Position numbers and translations under genes: made by a program. A stretch of DNA of 64,000 nt, taken from Promethearchaeota archaeon. GTDB taxonomy: Archaea > Asgardarchaeota > Lokiarchaeia > Sigyniarchaeales > SOKP01. The notes beneath the pieces are model-generated. The model ran no database searches and was not told where the DNA came from. It saw nothing but the letters and a program-made list of their open reading frames with translations. The stretch spans positions 13,765 to 77,764 of the forward strand of contig JBHLPW010000019.1 of assembly GCA_048939015.1 (NCBI GenBank), read 5' to 3'. Below, in pieces: positions 51,195 to 61,495 of the stretch (position 1 is the first letter of the stretch; every line of letters starts with the position of its first letter).

Positions 51195-51620
51195 GTGATG
51201 GAACTTAAGAAATATTTAAATTCATTGACTATAGGTCTAATTGGTTCAATTTTACTAATTATCTCTGAATTTTTTTCATGGTTTTCCAGTTATAACTTAT
51301 TTGAGATTTATCTCATCACCACTTCTGTAGAGATCGCGGATTCATTTTTATTCTTATTTCCCTTACTTAGTGGTATCATTTGTTTATTTGCCAGTCTTTT
51401 ACCCATTTATCGAATAGAGTTAAATATAAAATCAGTTATATTATCTATCGTTGGTTTAGGTTTTATGTTACTATTTTTCATTGATTATATTTCTCAAGAA
51501 ATTGAATATTTATCAAATTCTGGAATAGGATTCTATTTAGGAGTTATTGGATTTCTTTTAGTTCTTTTTAATATAATTAATATCTTAATATCATTCCAAA
51601 GACAGACAACAGGTAATTAA
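51195..51620 (+). CDS. Small 4-TM membrane protein
   Basis: Hydrophobic; FSW...GIGFYLG pattern. Confidence 0.7.
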   Translation: MMELKKYLNSLTIGLIGSILLIISEFFSWFSSYNLFEIYLITTSVEIADSFLFLFPLLSGIICLFASLLPIYRIELNIKSVILSIVGLGFMLLFFIDYISQEIEYLSNSGIGFYLGVIGFLLVLFNIINILISFQRQTTGN

Positions 51621-51622
51621 CT

Positions 51623-52496
51623 ATTTCTAGAAAGTCAAATAATACTAGTGACAAGTCTGAGGATCAAGATGCTGAATCAAGTTATTATTATGCACTTGGT
51701 CATGAAATTCGAAGAAAAATAATAAAAATTATTGGAGATAACGAGTATACTACTTTTACTTACCTTAAAAGAGAGCTTGGAGTGAGTACAGGAACTATTT
51801 ATCATCATTTAGATTCCTTATCAGAACTAATAGAACAAAAACAAGATAAAAAGTATTATTTGAAAGAATTGGGCGTTTATGCGTATAATTCTTTAAAAAA
51901 TAACATTGAAACAATTAAGTCTCCTGATTTTACTCACAGAGAGATTAAGTCCCCAATTTTACGCAAATTATTGTGGATCTCCTCAAATAGGTTTATCCAG
52001 TTTGAAAATAAAGATAAAAACATTAGGCATATTAACATTGGGTACGCTTTTATGTGGATTAAATACTTTTTATTCATTTCTGTTATTTTTTATTAATGAT
52101 AATTATTCTAATCCGCTGTTATTCTTACAAGTTTTACAATATCTTAGCTTTGTACTGAATTTTTTTATATTTTTCATAATAATTGAAGGAATAACTCGAC
52201 TGTTTTATAAGAAAGATGAAAACACATTGAATTTCTTTATTTCTTTTCCAATAGTCTATTTTCCATTGATAATTTATCTGCTAATACATTTGATCTTCAA
52301 TTTATCTGAACTTATAAGTATTAATATTTTTAATTTAATGGACAAGATTCTACTAATAATTTTCCAAGTCTGGTCTCTTTGGCTACTATCTTATAGTTTA
52401 TGTACAAATAAAGGTTTAAAAATTGAAAGTAGCTTAATAATTTCACTATTAATACATTACGGCGGTTTTACGATAATTTTGCTTTTCTTGACATAG
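51623..52496 (+). pseudogene. ArsR-like wHTH fused to a multi-TM domain, split by a frameshift near 52016-52020
   Basis: Frame A from ATT 51623 reads ...YYALGHEIRRKIIKIIG...LKRELGVSTGTIYHHL...FENKDK. Frame B (+1) continues KTLGILTLGTLLCG... with 5 TMs to 52496. Confidence 0.65.
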
Positions 52497-53775
52497 AAAT
52501 ATTGAAATTTAGGTCTTTCATTTGATTAATAATCTCATTCACTCTTATTTTAGAAGATAAATAGTCCTTTGATTTTGTAGCAATAAAACACGAGAAATAT
52601 TGTGAGTTATCTAGTGAAATAGGGGGAGTTACAAACTCTGGGATTAATTTTATAAGTTTTGGAATGAAATCTTCATAAGAGATATCCATTTTTTCGAAAT
52701 CCTTATATAGAAAGTCGAGTCGAGTGAAATGAGAATAATTTAAAAATCGTATTTCAGGTTTATTAGAAATTATGGTTTTAGAATTGAAAATTAATTCTGC
52801 ACAATTATAGTTAATAACATTTCTTAAACCCATATATGAAGTAGTTAACCTAGGATTGATTTCTAGGAAACTGACAGAATTATCATTTTTCAGAATGAAA
52901 TCAATTCCAAAATATCCTTCAATTTTGTGGAGTTTTATTTGTTCTATAATAAGAGATAAATTATTAATAATTTCATAATAGTTTTCTGAAGGGGTATTGC
53001 CTCCAAAATATTCCGATTTTCTATTTTTGATATTAACATCTTGAACATTTATACTTAAAATTAATGGATCTAATTTTGAATAATAACCCCCAATCAATGA
53101 AATACTCATATCTTTTCCTTCAACAAATTCTTGAAGTATGTAATTTCTATTCTTATCAAATTCATATTCAATATTTTTAAAGAAACTTAAGATTTGAGAT
53201 TCATCTTCAAAATATTTTATTAATTCTGCTCCTACGCCATCTTCAGGTTTAATGACGATGGGATTTTTAATTTCCCTAAACTTTTTTAATATAAATTCTA
53301 AATCTAAAACTTTCTGTTTATATGGTATTTTGTAGGTGGTGGGAGTAGATATCTTTCTCTTCCTAAAGAAATTATAAGCTTTTATTTTGGAACTACCTAA
53401 TTTAATACCATTAAGATTTGTACTTAATACCATTTTTTTATGATTTCTAACTATTTTAGTAAGATTGTATAGTATCTTTGAGCTTTCTGGCGCAATTATA
53501 AACACATAATTACAGATTTTTACTAAATTTTTAAAAATTTTTAAGTAATTATCATTCCTTTCTACTTTCCTCACATTATCTGCATTTAATATTTCTGACA
53601 AATAGAATATTCTATTATCTAACATTGTATGAATCTCAAAACCTAATACTTTGAAATCTGCTATAATTGATCTCAACATACCAAAACCTTCACAAAAAAG
53701 TGAGGAAGGGATATTAATTTGGCGAAAACCCCCACCAGAGATAAATTCAAAAATAAAAATTATATTCTTTTTCAT
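52468..53775 (-). CDS. ATP-grasp ligase, MfnD / tyramine-glutamate ligase-like
   Basis: FEFISGGG...EGFGML, IIAPE, IKPEDGVGA, QEFVEG, GYFGIDF, EINPRLTTSY. Confidence 0.75.
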   Translation of the reverse strand: MKKNIIFIFEFISGGGFRQINIPSSLFCEGFGMLRSIIADFKVLGFEIHTMLDNRIFYLSEILNADNVRKVERNDNYLKIFKNLVKICNYVFIIAPESSKILYNLTKIVRNHKKMVLSTNLNGIKLGSSKIKAYNFFRKRKISTPTTYKIPYKQKVLDLEFILKKFREIKNPIVIKPEDGVGAELIKYFEDESQILSFFKNIEYEFDKNRNYILQEFVEGKDMSISLIGGYYSKLDPLILSINVQDVNIKNRKSEYFGGNTPSENYYEIINNLSLIIEQIKLHKIEGYFGIDFILKNDNSVSFLEINPRLTTSYMGLRNVINYNCAELIFNSKTIISNKPEIRFLNYSHFTRLDFLYKDFEKMDISYEDFIPKLIKLIPEFVTPPISLDNSQYFSCFIATKSKDYLSSKIRVNEIINQMKDLNFNISMSRKAKLS

Positions 53776-53898
53776 TTCAAAAATTTTAATTTCATAATAT
53801 TAAGATTTTTCTAGATTAGTGGCTAATAAAAATGTTTTGATAGATTAGTTTTAAAATGATGATTAAATTATCATAATTAACTCAAATTTAATAAAAAA

Positions 53899-55146
53899 TT
53901 GAAGGATTTGAATATGACTTTTTTTCCGGAGGAGGTAATGCAACGTATTAGATACCTCCACTTCTCGATAAAAAAAATTGAAAGTGCTTTAGAAAAGGAA
54001 GATGAAAGTTTTACTTTAGACGATCTAAATCTTATCTTGGAATATACCAAGGTTTTAAATATAAACTACGGAAATGAAAACCATAAAGAGATTTTGAAAG
54101 ATCTAGATATCACTCCAATCTTTACTGATGCTATAGTTAAAAAAGAAATTGAAATTCGGGATATTATGTTTGAGTGTGCAAGATCTTTATGGGTTATGGC
54201 AAAAGCATATTCCCGATTAGCTGAGAAATATGAAGAGGAAGAAGAATGGGAGAATGCAATTATATCAATGACGGAATGTAGTAAGATTTATAAAACTGCT
54301 GCTTATTTCAGTGCTGCTGTTGTACATCAAAAAGATTTAGGAGTATCTATCAGTTCAGAAAACCTAGAGTTAAAATCCGAAGAATCACGAATCCTAGCTC
54401 AAAGTATCGCTGCGATACGCGAAGAAAGTAATAATAATATTTACTTTTCATCAAAATTGTATTCTGGCCTCAGTTTGTTATCAAAGCGATTGTTTTATCT
54501 AAAAAAGCATGAAGAGAAAAAAAAACAGCAAATTAGAGCACAATTTCATTATGATATGGGGAAAGCATGTTTTCTTAAAGCACGTGCTTCATTAGAATCT
54601 TCGATAACAACGATTAATCAAGAAAAAGTTAAAAAATTGCAACAAAAAGCTGGATGGTATTACATAAAAGCAAAAGATATTTGGGAAGATATGCTTAACA
54701 ATCTTACACTTTCAAGTGAAGAAAAGGACAATATTGAATTAAATTTATCAATAGTAAATGATAATTTAAAAGAAATTGATTTTGAACAACTTGAATATGA
54801 AGAAATAAAAAAAATACAAGATCCTGAACCAATTATTATCATTCCAGAGAATCTTGCTCCATTTGTACCAAAAAGTATAATATTTCTGACTAAATTTGTA
54901 CCTAAAGATTTAAATGTTAAACGTTTTAAATCTTACCAAAGAAAAAAACTGGAAGAAAAAATTCCATATAGTAGAAAAGAACAACTGATAGATAAGAAAG
55001 CTGGAGTCGTTAGAACTATAAATGAATTAAAACTTTTAAAAGAGAATAATGAGATTGAAATTGAAAAATTTGCTGAACTTATGGAAAAATACTCTACAAA
55101 ACTTAAAATGATCGATTCTGCTATAGAAAAAATAGCTAAAATGTAA
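53899..55146 (+). CDS. All-helical hypothetical protein, possible Bro1/TPR-like domain
   Basis: FECARSLWVMAKAYSRLA...SISSENLELKSEESRILAQ...SSKL resembles the Bro1 consensus. Confidence 0.5.
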   Translation: MKDLNMTFFPEEVMQRIRYLHFSIKKIESALEKEDESFTLDDLNLILEYTKVLNINYGNENHKEILKDLDITPIFTDAIVKKEIEIRDIMFECARSLWVMAKAYSRLAEKYEEEEEWENAIISMTECSKIYKTAAYFSAAVVHQKDLGVSISSENLELKSEESRILAQSIAAIREESNNNIYFSSKLYSGLSLLSKRLFYLKKHEEKKKQQIRAQFHYDMGKACFLKARASLESSITTINQEKVKKLQQKAGWYYIKAKDIWEDMLNNLTLSSEEKDNIELNLSIVNDNLKEIDFEQLEYEEIKKIQDPEPIIIIPENLAPFVPKSIIFLTKFVPKDLNVKRFKSYQRKKLEEKIPYSRKEQLIDKKAGVVRTINELKLLKENNEIEIEKFAELMEKYSTKLKMIDSAIEKIAKM

Positions 55147-55165
55147 AAGTATAAGGTTTAATGTT

Positions 55166-55627
55166 TTATTCTTGAAATCTTGACGATGATTTTTTTTTTC
55201 TTTCTATATATTTCTCTCGATTTGCTTCTATTTCAAAATCTCTTCGGGACTCCTCTAAAAAAAGCAAATCATAAACTTCTTTAAAAATAAGTCCAATTAT
55301 CATTATTTCTATTAGAAATATTAAAAAGATCATTATCATTTCTAAGTTGTGCAAATTTCTGAAAAAAAGAGAGGCAAATATAAAAGAAAAGGGGAGATAA
55401 AATAATGTTATAATTCCAATCCTCTTTCCAAATTTAATTATATTCTTGTTTTCTAACCTAAAAATCTTTTCTAATCTTAAAACATTCCATAGATAGTATA
55501 GGGAAAACAACATGTTAATCGAACATAGAAGAATAATCAAATCTCTTTCATTAGTCATTAAGTTAATATATGGTTTTAATACAATTGACCCAATCATAAA
55601 AGTTAGTGAAAAGATAAATAATATCAA
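55166..55627 (-). CDS. 4-TM hypothetical membrane protein (frame open further upstream, to ~55702)
   Basis: Four hydrophobic segments; upstream in-frame ITKKGGKDLDYKDFHDGLLSLS. Confidence 0.65.
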   Translation of the reverse strand: MILFIFSLTFMIGSIVLKPYINLMTNERDLIILLCSINMLFSLYYLWNVLRLEKIFRLENKNIIKFGKRIGIITLFYLPFSFIFASLFFRNLHNLEMIMIFLIFLIEIMIIGLIFKEVYDLLFLEESRRDFEIEANREKYIERKKKSSSRFQE

Positions 55628-55767
55628 TGATAACGATAATAAACCATCATGGAAATCTTTATAATCTAAGTCCTTACCACCCTTCTTAGTAATGTCATAA
55701 AATTAAAATTTTATTAAAGAAAGAAATTAACAATATAATATAATTATAACAAAAAAAAGAGAGATTT

Positions 55768-57444
55768 ATGAGTTTTCTAAATGAGGAAGAAATTGAAAGA
55801 CTCAAAAAAACACATCCAATTAAAAAATTATTTAGATCTGCATTTCTAATTGTTGGGATTTTCATAATTTTTTTTGGTATTATTCTAATCCTAATTGGAA
55901 TAGACTTTGGAATAACTATTGATAATATTAATATATCCTTCATCATTGATGTTTTAATAATTCTTGTCGGGATGATAATTGCATCCAAATTCTTTATAGC
56001 ACCCTATTATTTAAGAGAAAATTCATTAACAATAAAAAAAATACATGAATTAAGAGAACCTACAGATATTAACTTAAAATTTTATTCAATATCAATATCT
56101 CGATTAGGTGCTGCTATTATATTCACATTTGTTGGAGTGTTAACACTACTAATCTTTGGAACGGATGTAGGGCATAATGTAACATATGGAAGCGCGGTAG
56201 TACTAGGAGGTCCATCTTTTTTTTATGTGACAGGACTTCCGGCTTTAGCTATTGGTTTTGGATTATTTTTGTATTTTATTTTAAGCCCCTTTAGGGGAAG
56301 ATTTTCAAAATCACAAAATTTTTACTTTTTTTATGAGGTCCGACCTTTTTGTCCTTGGTTAACAGAAGTTCCTAAGAAGGATATCGAGGTAATAAGATAC
56401 CAAAATAATCATCTTGGTCCGAAACTTGGTTGGGTAATGTTGATTTTACCATTTATAGTACTTCAACTTATGACAGCAATTCCGTTATTTTTTGTTGAAA
56501 AAGCAGGTCCTAATTTTGTATTATCGTGGATATTTCTAATTATTTCTTTCTTAGAGATAATAGCTTTAATTTTACTTGTCTTATTCCAACAAAATTATTA
56601 TGAAATTGGTACTAAAACTCATTTATATGAAATGTGGTTTTCTCCTTTTAAATTTAAAAATCGGTCAGAATTACCAGAAAATTTTAGTAACTTTTTTGAA
56701 TGTGAAATTGAAGAGGATAGTGGAGAGAATCTAAATATTAGTGATACACATTTCCAATTATTTGATTTAATATTTGGACTGTTTTTAATTATATCAGCTA
56801 TTATAATGTTAACCCAAATGATTTTATTTGGACCATTATATTGGTGGGTTGCATTAATGTATGGTGTAATATTGTTATTTAAATCATTTTCTTTTGACTT
56901 TAGTAGAAAAGGGGGAGATAAATTCTATTACAATAAAGATAGGAAATTGTTTAAATTCAGGAGAAAATTTGGTTTTAAATTTCATAATATTATCGCTCAT
57001 AATGTCGAAAATGTGAAAGTAGGCAAATGGTTTAGAAAATTAGATTTTTTTGATGTTTTTTGCATTGGATCTATGCTTATTATATTAACTATTCAACAAA
57101 TCGAGGGTTGGGCGTTAGTAAATTCAATTTCTGTTATTACTGATAATATAATAAGTACAATTTATTTGGGAATTGTATTAATTTTTGTAATACTATATGT
57201 ATGTTTTCCCATTGATGTGATTGAATTTAGAACACCATCTATTATCTACCGAATTAAAATAACTTTGAAATTAAATAGTAAAAATTTAATTCATAAATAT
57301 TTCAAGAACTTAAGGGACTTTCCAAAGGAAGTATTAAAAGAGGAGTTGGTTAAAACTTTTATTATAAGGATAAGTTTGATGATTTTCTTAATATTAGGTG
57401 CTATATTTTACTCGATTTATATTCTTATTGCATTTATTGCTTAG
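55768..57444 (+). CDS. Multi-pass membrane protein with an internally repeated TM/beta module
   Basis: About 11 TMs separated by beta-rich soluble segments. Confidence 0.7.
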   Translation: MSFLNEEEIERLKKTHPIKKLFRSAFLIVGIFIIFFGIILILIGIDFGITIDNINISFIIDVLIILVGMIIASKFFIAPYYLRENSLTIKKIHELREPTDINLKFYSISISRLGAAIIFTFVGVLTLLIFGTDVGHNVTYGSAVVLGGPSFFYVTGLPALAIGFGLFLYFILSPFRGRFSKSQNFYFFYEVRPFCPWLTEVPKKDIEVIRYQNNHLGPKLGWVMLILPFIVLQLMTAIPLFFVEKAGPNFVLSWIFLIISFLEIIALILLVLFQQNYYEIGTKTHLYEMWFSPFKFKNRSELPENFSNFFECEIEEDSGENLNISDTHFQLFDLIFGLFLIISAIIMLTQMILFGPLYWWVALMYGVILLFKSFSFDFSRKGGDKFYYNKDRKLFKFRRKFGFKFHNIIAHNVENVKVGKWFRKLDFFDVFCIGSMLIILTIQQIEGWALVNSISVITDNIISTIYLGIVLIFVILYVCFPIDVIEFRTPSIIYRIKITLKLNSKNLIHKYFKNLRDFPKEVLKEELVKTFIIRISLMIFLILGAIFYSIYILIAFIA

Positions 57445-57513
57445 TTATTCTTACTTTTAAGTAAATATTTGTAAATAATTGCTATTTTTATTCTAAGTAA
57501 TCTTCTTATAATT

Positions 57514-57780
57514 ATGTCTGAACAAACTTCAATTCTTTTATATATTAAGAATATGCTTTCAGATTTAATTTATATCAACGGTATAATTGCAACTGAGTTA
57601 ATTAAAGTTACAGAGAACACAGCAACTATTCGAAGAGGAGAAGAATTTTTACAAAAAACTAGATGTCTAAAAGAACATCAAGAGTTAAATTACAAGATTA
57701 TTGAAATATTAAAGAAATATCAAAGAAAACCAGAAGATCTTGCCAGCTTAGAAAAGCATGTTTTAAAACATATAGAATAA
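57514..57780 (+). CDS. Small helical hypothetical protein
   Basis: 88-aa ORF. Confidence 0.65.
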   Translation: MSEQTSILLYIKNMLSDLIYINGIIATELIKVTENTATIRRGEEFLQKTRCLKEHQELNYKIIEILKKYQRKPEDLASLEKHVLKHIE

Positions 57781-57869
57781 TTAAATTGATATTTAATGAT
57801 ATTATAGCTGTATTTTATCACTAATAGATAGTCTAAAGAAATAAGAAAAAATTAACTGAGAATATATAT

Positions 57870-58589
57870 ATGAAGGATATAATTATTGAAAACATTGAGA
57901 TCCCTATAACAAATGATAATATACAACTTAAAGGCTCAATTTATTACTCAGAAAACCAAAGTTCTAAAGCTCCTTTTATAATTATTTTGCCTGGTTTTTT
58001 GGAACATAGAGTGAGTGGTTTTGTAAAATCTTATTCTGAGAAATTCGCAGCCGCTGGCTATTATGTTTTATCTTATGATTATCGAGCTCATGGAGAGACA
58101 AAAATAAAGTATGGTTACAGATGGAATATAACTTTTCCGTTAATATTTTCAGACATTCATATAGTTTTAGGTTGGATTATTCAAAGTCAATCTAAAAGAT
58201 TGTTAGATGACAAGATTGCATTATTCGGAAGAAGTCTTGGTGGAGCAATAGTTCTTTCACATGGTTTCATTGATAATAGAGCAAAGATTTTAATTGCACT
58301 TTCTCCTCGATATGATTATCACACAACCCAGATTAAATTTCAAGAAGAGGCTATTAAGAAATTCAGTCCTCACAACTTTTTAAAAAAAGACCCACATAAT
58401 AATGATAGAATTTTGATCGCACATTGTAAAGATGATAAAATCATTCCATTTCAAAACCTAATACAAATACAAGAATATCTTAAATTAAATGACAAAAATG
58501 TAATTATATTTAACGATGGTGGACATTCATTTAAAGGTCATAGAGAAGAAATTTTTAAATATTTTCTCGAATTCTTAAAAAAGTTGTAA
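57870..58589 (+). CDS. Alpha/beta hydrolase
   Basis: YDYRAHGE, GRSLGG nucleophile elbow, DDKIIP, GGHSF. Confidence 0.9.
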   Translation: MKDIIIENIEIPITNDNIQLKGSIYYSENQSSKAPFIIILPGFLEHRVSGFVKSYSEKFAAAGYYVLSYDYRAHGETKIKYGYRWNITFPLIFSDIHIVLGWIIQSQSKRLLDDKIALFGRSLGGAIVLSHGFIDNRAKILIALSPRYDYHTTQIKFQEEAIKKFSPHNFLKKDPHNNDRILIAHCKDDKIIPFQNLIQIQEYLKLNDKNVIIFNDGGHSFKGHREEIFKYFLEFLKKL

Positions 58590-58643
58590 ATAAGAAAAAT
58601 AAAGTTAAAATTAAATGATTTAAAATAAACATGGTGAATAAGA

Positions 58644-59546
58644 TTGGATAATATATTAATTGCTGGTCCGTCCTCACAGATATTGGGAGTAAAAATTGCT
58701 CAAGAATTGGAAATTGACTCAATAAACACAGAGATTAAAAAATTTCCAGATGGTGAAAACTATTTAAGGATAAATATAGAAGATGAGACACTGATTTCTG
58801 GGAAGAGTGTAATCATAGTACAATCTACAGGTCCAAGTGCAAGTGCTGATCAGAATGCTAGATTATTTGAACTTTTTATGATGATTGACTCCGTTAAACG
58901 AATGGGGGCAAAGAAGATTATCGTTGTAGCTCCTTATTTAGCTTATGCACGTCAAGATAAAATATTTCGACCTGGAGAAAGTCAATTTAGTAATGTTATT
59001 ATCCGGTTAATAAATTTTTTAGGTATTGATGAATTTTACGCTGTCGATATCCACGCCCCTTCAATCATGGAAGAGTGTGTGTGTAAAGCAATTAATATTG
59101 ATTCTATGAAATTACTAGCAGATTATATTAAATCTAAGGATGTTAAGGATATAGTAGTAGTATCTCCTGATAAAGGTGCTATTGAAAGATCTATGGCTTT
59201 TGCTAGACACTTTGGAGAAGATATTCCAGTAAAACTGTTAGAAAAAGAAAGAGACGTTAAAACTGGTGAAATAGATATGAGTGGTACTTTAAACATTAAG
59301 GATAAGGATGTAGTTATTGCAGATGATATTATTGCTACAGGAGGCACAATGGCAACTGCTATTAAATTGGCTAAAGAAGGCGGTGCAAGAAAGGTTTTCG
59401 CGGTGGCTACTCACGCTTTACTATTACAACAAGCTAAGTATAGGATTTTAAAAGCAGGAGCAGATGAAATTATTGGCACAGATTCAATTGACAATGAAGT
59501 GTGTAAAGTTTCATTAGCAAAAATAATTGCGGATTATTTAAAATAA
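58644..59546 (+). CDS. prs: Ribose-phosphate pyrophosphokinase
   Basis: FPDGE, PYLAYARQD, VDIH, VSPDKG, DDIIATGGT. Confidence 0.95.
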   Translation: MDNILIAGPSSQILGVKIAQELEIDSINTEIKKFPDGENYLRINIEDETLISGKSVIIVQSTGPSASADQNARLFELFMMIDSVKRMGAKKIIVVAPYLAYARQDKIFRPGESQFSNVIIRLINFLGIDEFYAVDIHAPSIMEECVCKAINIDSMKLLADYIKSKDVKDIVVVSPDKGAIERSMAFARHFGEDIPVKLLEKERDVKTGEIDMSGTLNIKDKDVVIADDIIATGGTMATAIKLAKEGGARKVFAVATHALLLQQAKYRILKAGADEIIGTDSIDNEVCKVSLAKIIADYLK

Positions 59547-59560
59547 TAATTTTACATACT

Positions 59561-60103
59561 TCAGTAGTTATCAATAATTTCTATTACCAATTTTCTCATA
59601 TTTTTCTTTAAATCTTCAATTGTTGAATTATTTTTAATTACATAATCAGCATTTTTTAAGACTTCTTCTAATCCAAATTTAATTTCTCTTGTATCTCTTT
59701 CAATTAATTCTTCAAGAGTTTTAGGATCATCACTACGACCTCTGTCAAAAAGTCTATTAAATCGTATTTCTTTATCAATAATTATCGCAATAATTGGAAA
59801 TTTCCAGTACTTTCTAAAAACATTTATCTCAGATAGAGATCTAACTCCATCAATAAAAACTACTTCTTTTTTTTTATTTTTTATTAATTCTACACACTTT
59901 TCAGCTATGATTGTAGGTCCTCCCTCTAACCTCAATTGTTTGGCAATTTTACCTATATTTATTCCAGAAGGTACTAAATTCCTTTTTTTTGTCTCGTTTC
60001 TAACAACATCTCCCATTGACACTATGATACCTAAATCTTTTATAGCATCTATGGCAGTTGTTTTTCCTGATCCTGGTTGTCCAGCAATAGCAATAACTTT
60101 CAT
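59561..60103 (-). CDS. P-loop nucleotide kinase (dephospho-CoA kinase-like, UPF0200)
   Basis: GQPGSGKT, SMGDVVR, IDGVRS, RGRSDD, ERD.RE..FG. Confidence 0.8.
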   Translation of the reverse strand: MKVIAIAGQPGSGKTTAIDAIKDLGIIVSMGDVVRNETKKRNLVPSGINIGKIAKQLRLEGGPTIIAEKCVELIKNKKKEVVFIDGVRSLSEINVFRKYWKFPIIAIIIDKEIRFNRLFDRGRSDDPKTLEELIERDTREIKFGLEEVLKNADYVIKNNSTIEDLKKNMRKLVIEIIDNY

Positions 60104-60216
60104 TTATAAAGAAAAATTTTCTTGAATATAATTTAAATATTTAGGCATTGTTTAAATTCTATATAATATAAGAAATTAAATTTTTAAAGAATACTTTTAG
60201 CCATAATCTAAATAGC

Positions 60217-61341
60217 ATGAAAAAAGGAAAAAAAAAAGATCCCTTCCACACTCCAGTTCTATTGACTTTAAAAGCATATAAAAGAATTGTAGGTTATGCA
60301 ATAAGATATGCGAGTAATGAGCTTAAACCAGAAAAATGGCGTGAAGTTTATGGAATTTTAATTGGATCTATCGAAGATAATTCAAAAGTAATTGTGAAAG
60401 ATGCTATTCCTATGATAGTTGGAGATCGAGCTGGAGTAAAATATGAAAATAAACAATACGTAGATATGGCTCAAATTGATGCCACAATTTTCGAAAGATC
60501 TATTCAAGATGACAAAACTGATTTTATTATAGGATGGTGGCACACACATCCTGGTTTTGGTTTTTTTTATAGTCCAATTGATTGTATGACCCAATTAGGA
60601 TATCAAATCCCTAATCCATACGCTGTAGGGTTAATATTTGATCATTGTGAGAAAGAATCTGATACTCATTTTTTAGGAATAGCGGGATTAAGACTTAAAG
60701 ACCCTGAATTAGGAATTTCCTCAACCTATAACTTAATAGAACTGAATTATGAGTTTGAAGAGAAAATAATGTTAGAAAAAGCTGAGAAAGTTATAAAAAA
60801 AGTCAATAAAAATATAGAAACTGTCTTAAAGGAAGTAGAATACATTGATGAGGTGCTTCGCAAGAAGGCTTTAGCTCAATTACAACGAAATTATGGACTA
60901 ATATTAGTACCTAAGGAAGATATTATAATCACTGACAATGAGGAGATAGCAGAAGAGGAAGATCAATATTTATATGAATGGGACCCTGAGTTTTTTAAAA
61001 AATCTTACAGGATTCCAAAATTTAGAGAAAAAATAGAAAATGTTATAGCAATGGCTTATGATGAATTGGATCAATTGATTGAAATTAATGCAAAAGAGAA
61101 ATATGAAAATAGACAGGAAAAATTAATTAAGAAAATCCAAAGTATTCTGAAAAAACCGAATGAATGGTATGACAAACTGATGGATGATTTTTCTAAAAAA
61201 ATTGAAATTATTTTTCCATTATATTCATATCTAGATACTAATGAAAGAAAAGTTATCGAATATTTTGAAGAGAGAATTTCAGAATACTCTAAGATTTTAG
61301 ACGAGTTAAATAAGAGATCAAATTTAATTTTAATTGAATAA
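60217..61341 (+). CDS. MPN+/JAMM metalloprotease with C-terminal helical extension (Rpn11/CSN5-like)
   Basis: EVYGILIG; IGWWHTHPGFGFFYSPID matches H-x-H-x7-S-x2-D; TQ..YQ. Confidence 0.88.
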   Translation: MKKGKKKDPFHTPVLLTLKAYKRIVGYAIRYASNELKPEKWREVYGILIGSIEDNSKVIVKDAIPMIVGDRAGVKYENKQYVDMAQIDATIFERSIQDDKTDFIIGWWHTHPGFGFFYSPIDCMTQLGYQIPNPYAVGLIFDHCEKESDTHFLGIAGLRLKDPELGISSTYNLIELNYEFEEKIMLEKAEKVIKKVNKNIETVLKEVEYIDEVLRKKALAQLQRNYGLILVPKEDIIITDNEEIAEEEDQYLYEWDPEFFKKSYRIPKFREKIENVIAMAYDELDQLIEINAKEKYENRQEKLIKKIQSILKKPNEWYDKLMDDFSKKIEIIFPLYSYLDTNERKVIEYFEERISEYSKILDELNKRSNLILIE

Positions 61342-61495
61342 TAAAAAATATTGTGTTTGGTTTTATCAAACTTTAAAAATTTAGAAACATATAATCAAAT
61401 TAGGAACTTTAGTAAAATTTTATATTCATAATAAATATTTAAGAATTAAGCTAAGCTTCTTTTTATAGAACTTTGATACGAATGAGGATTCATTC

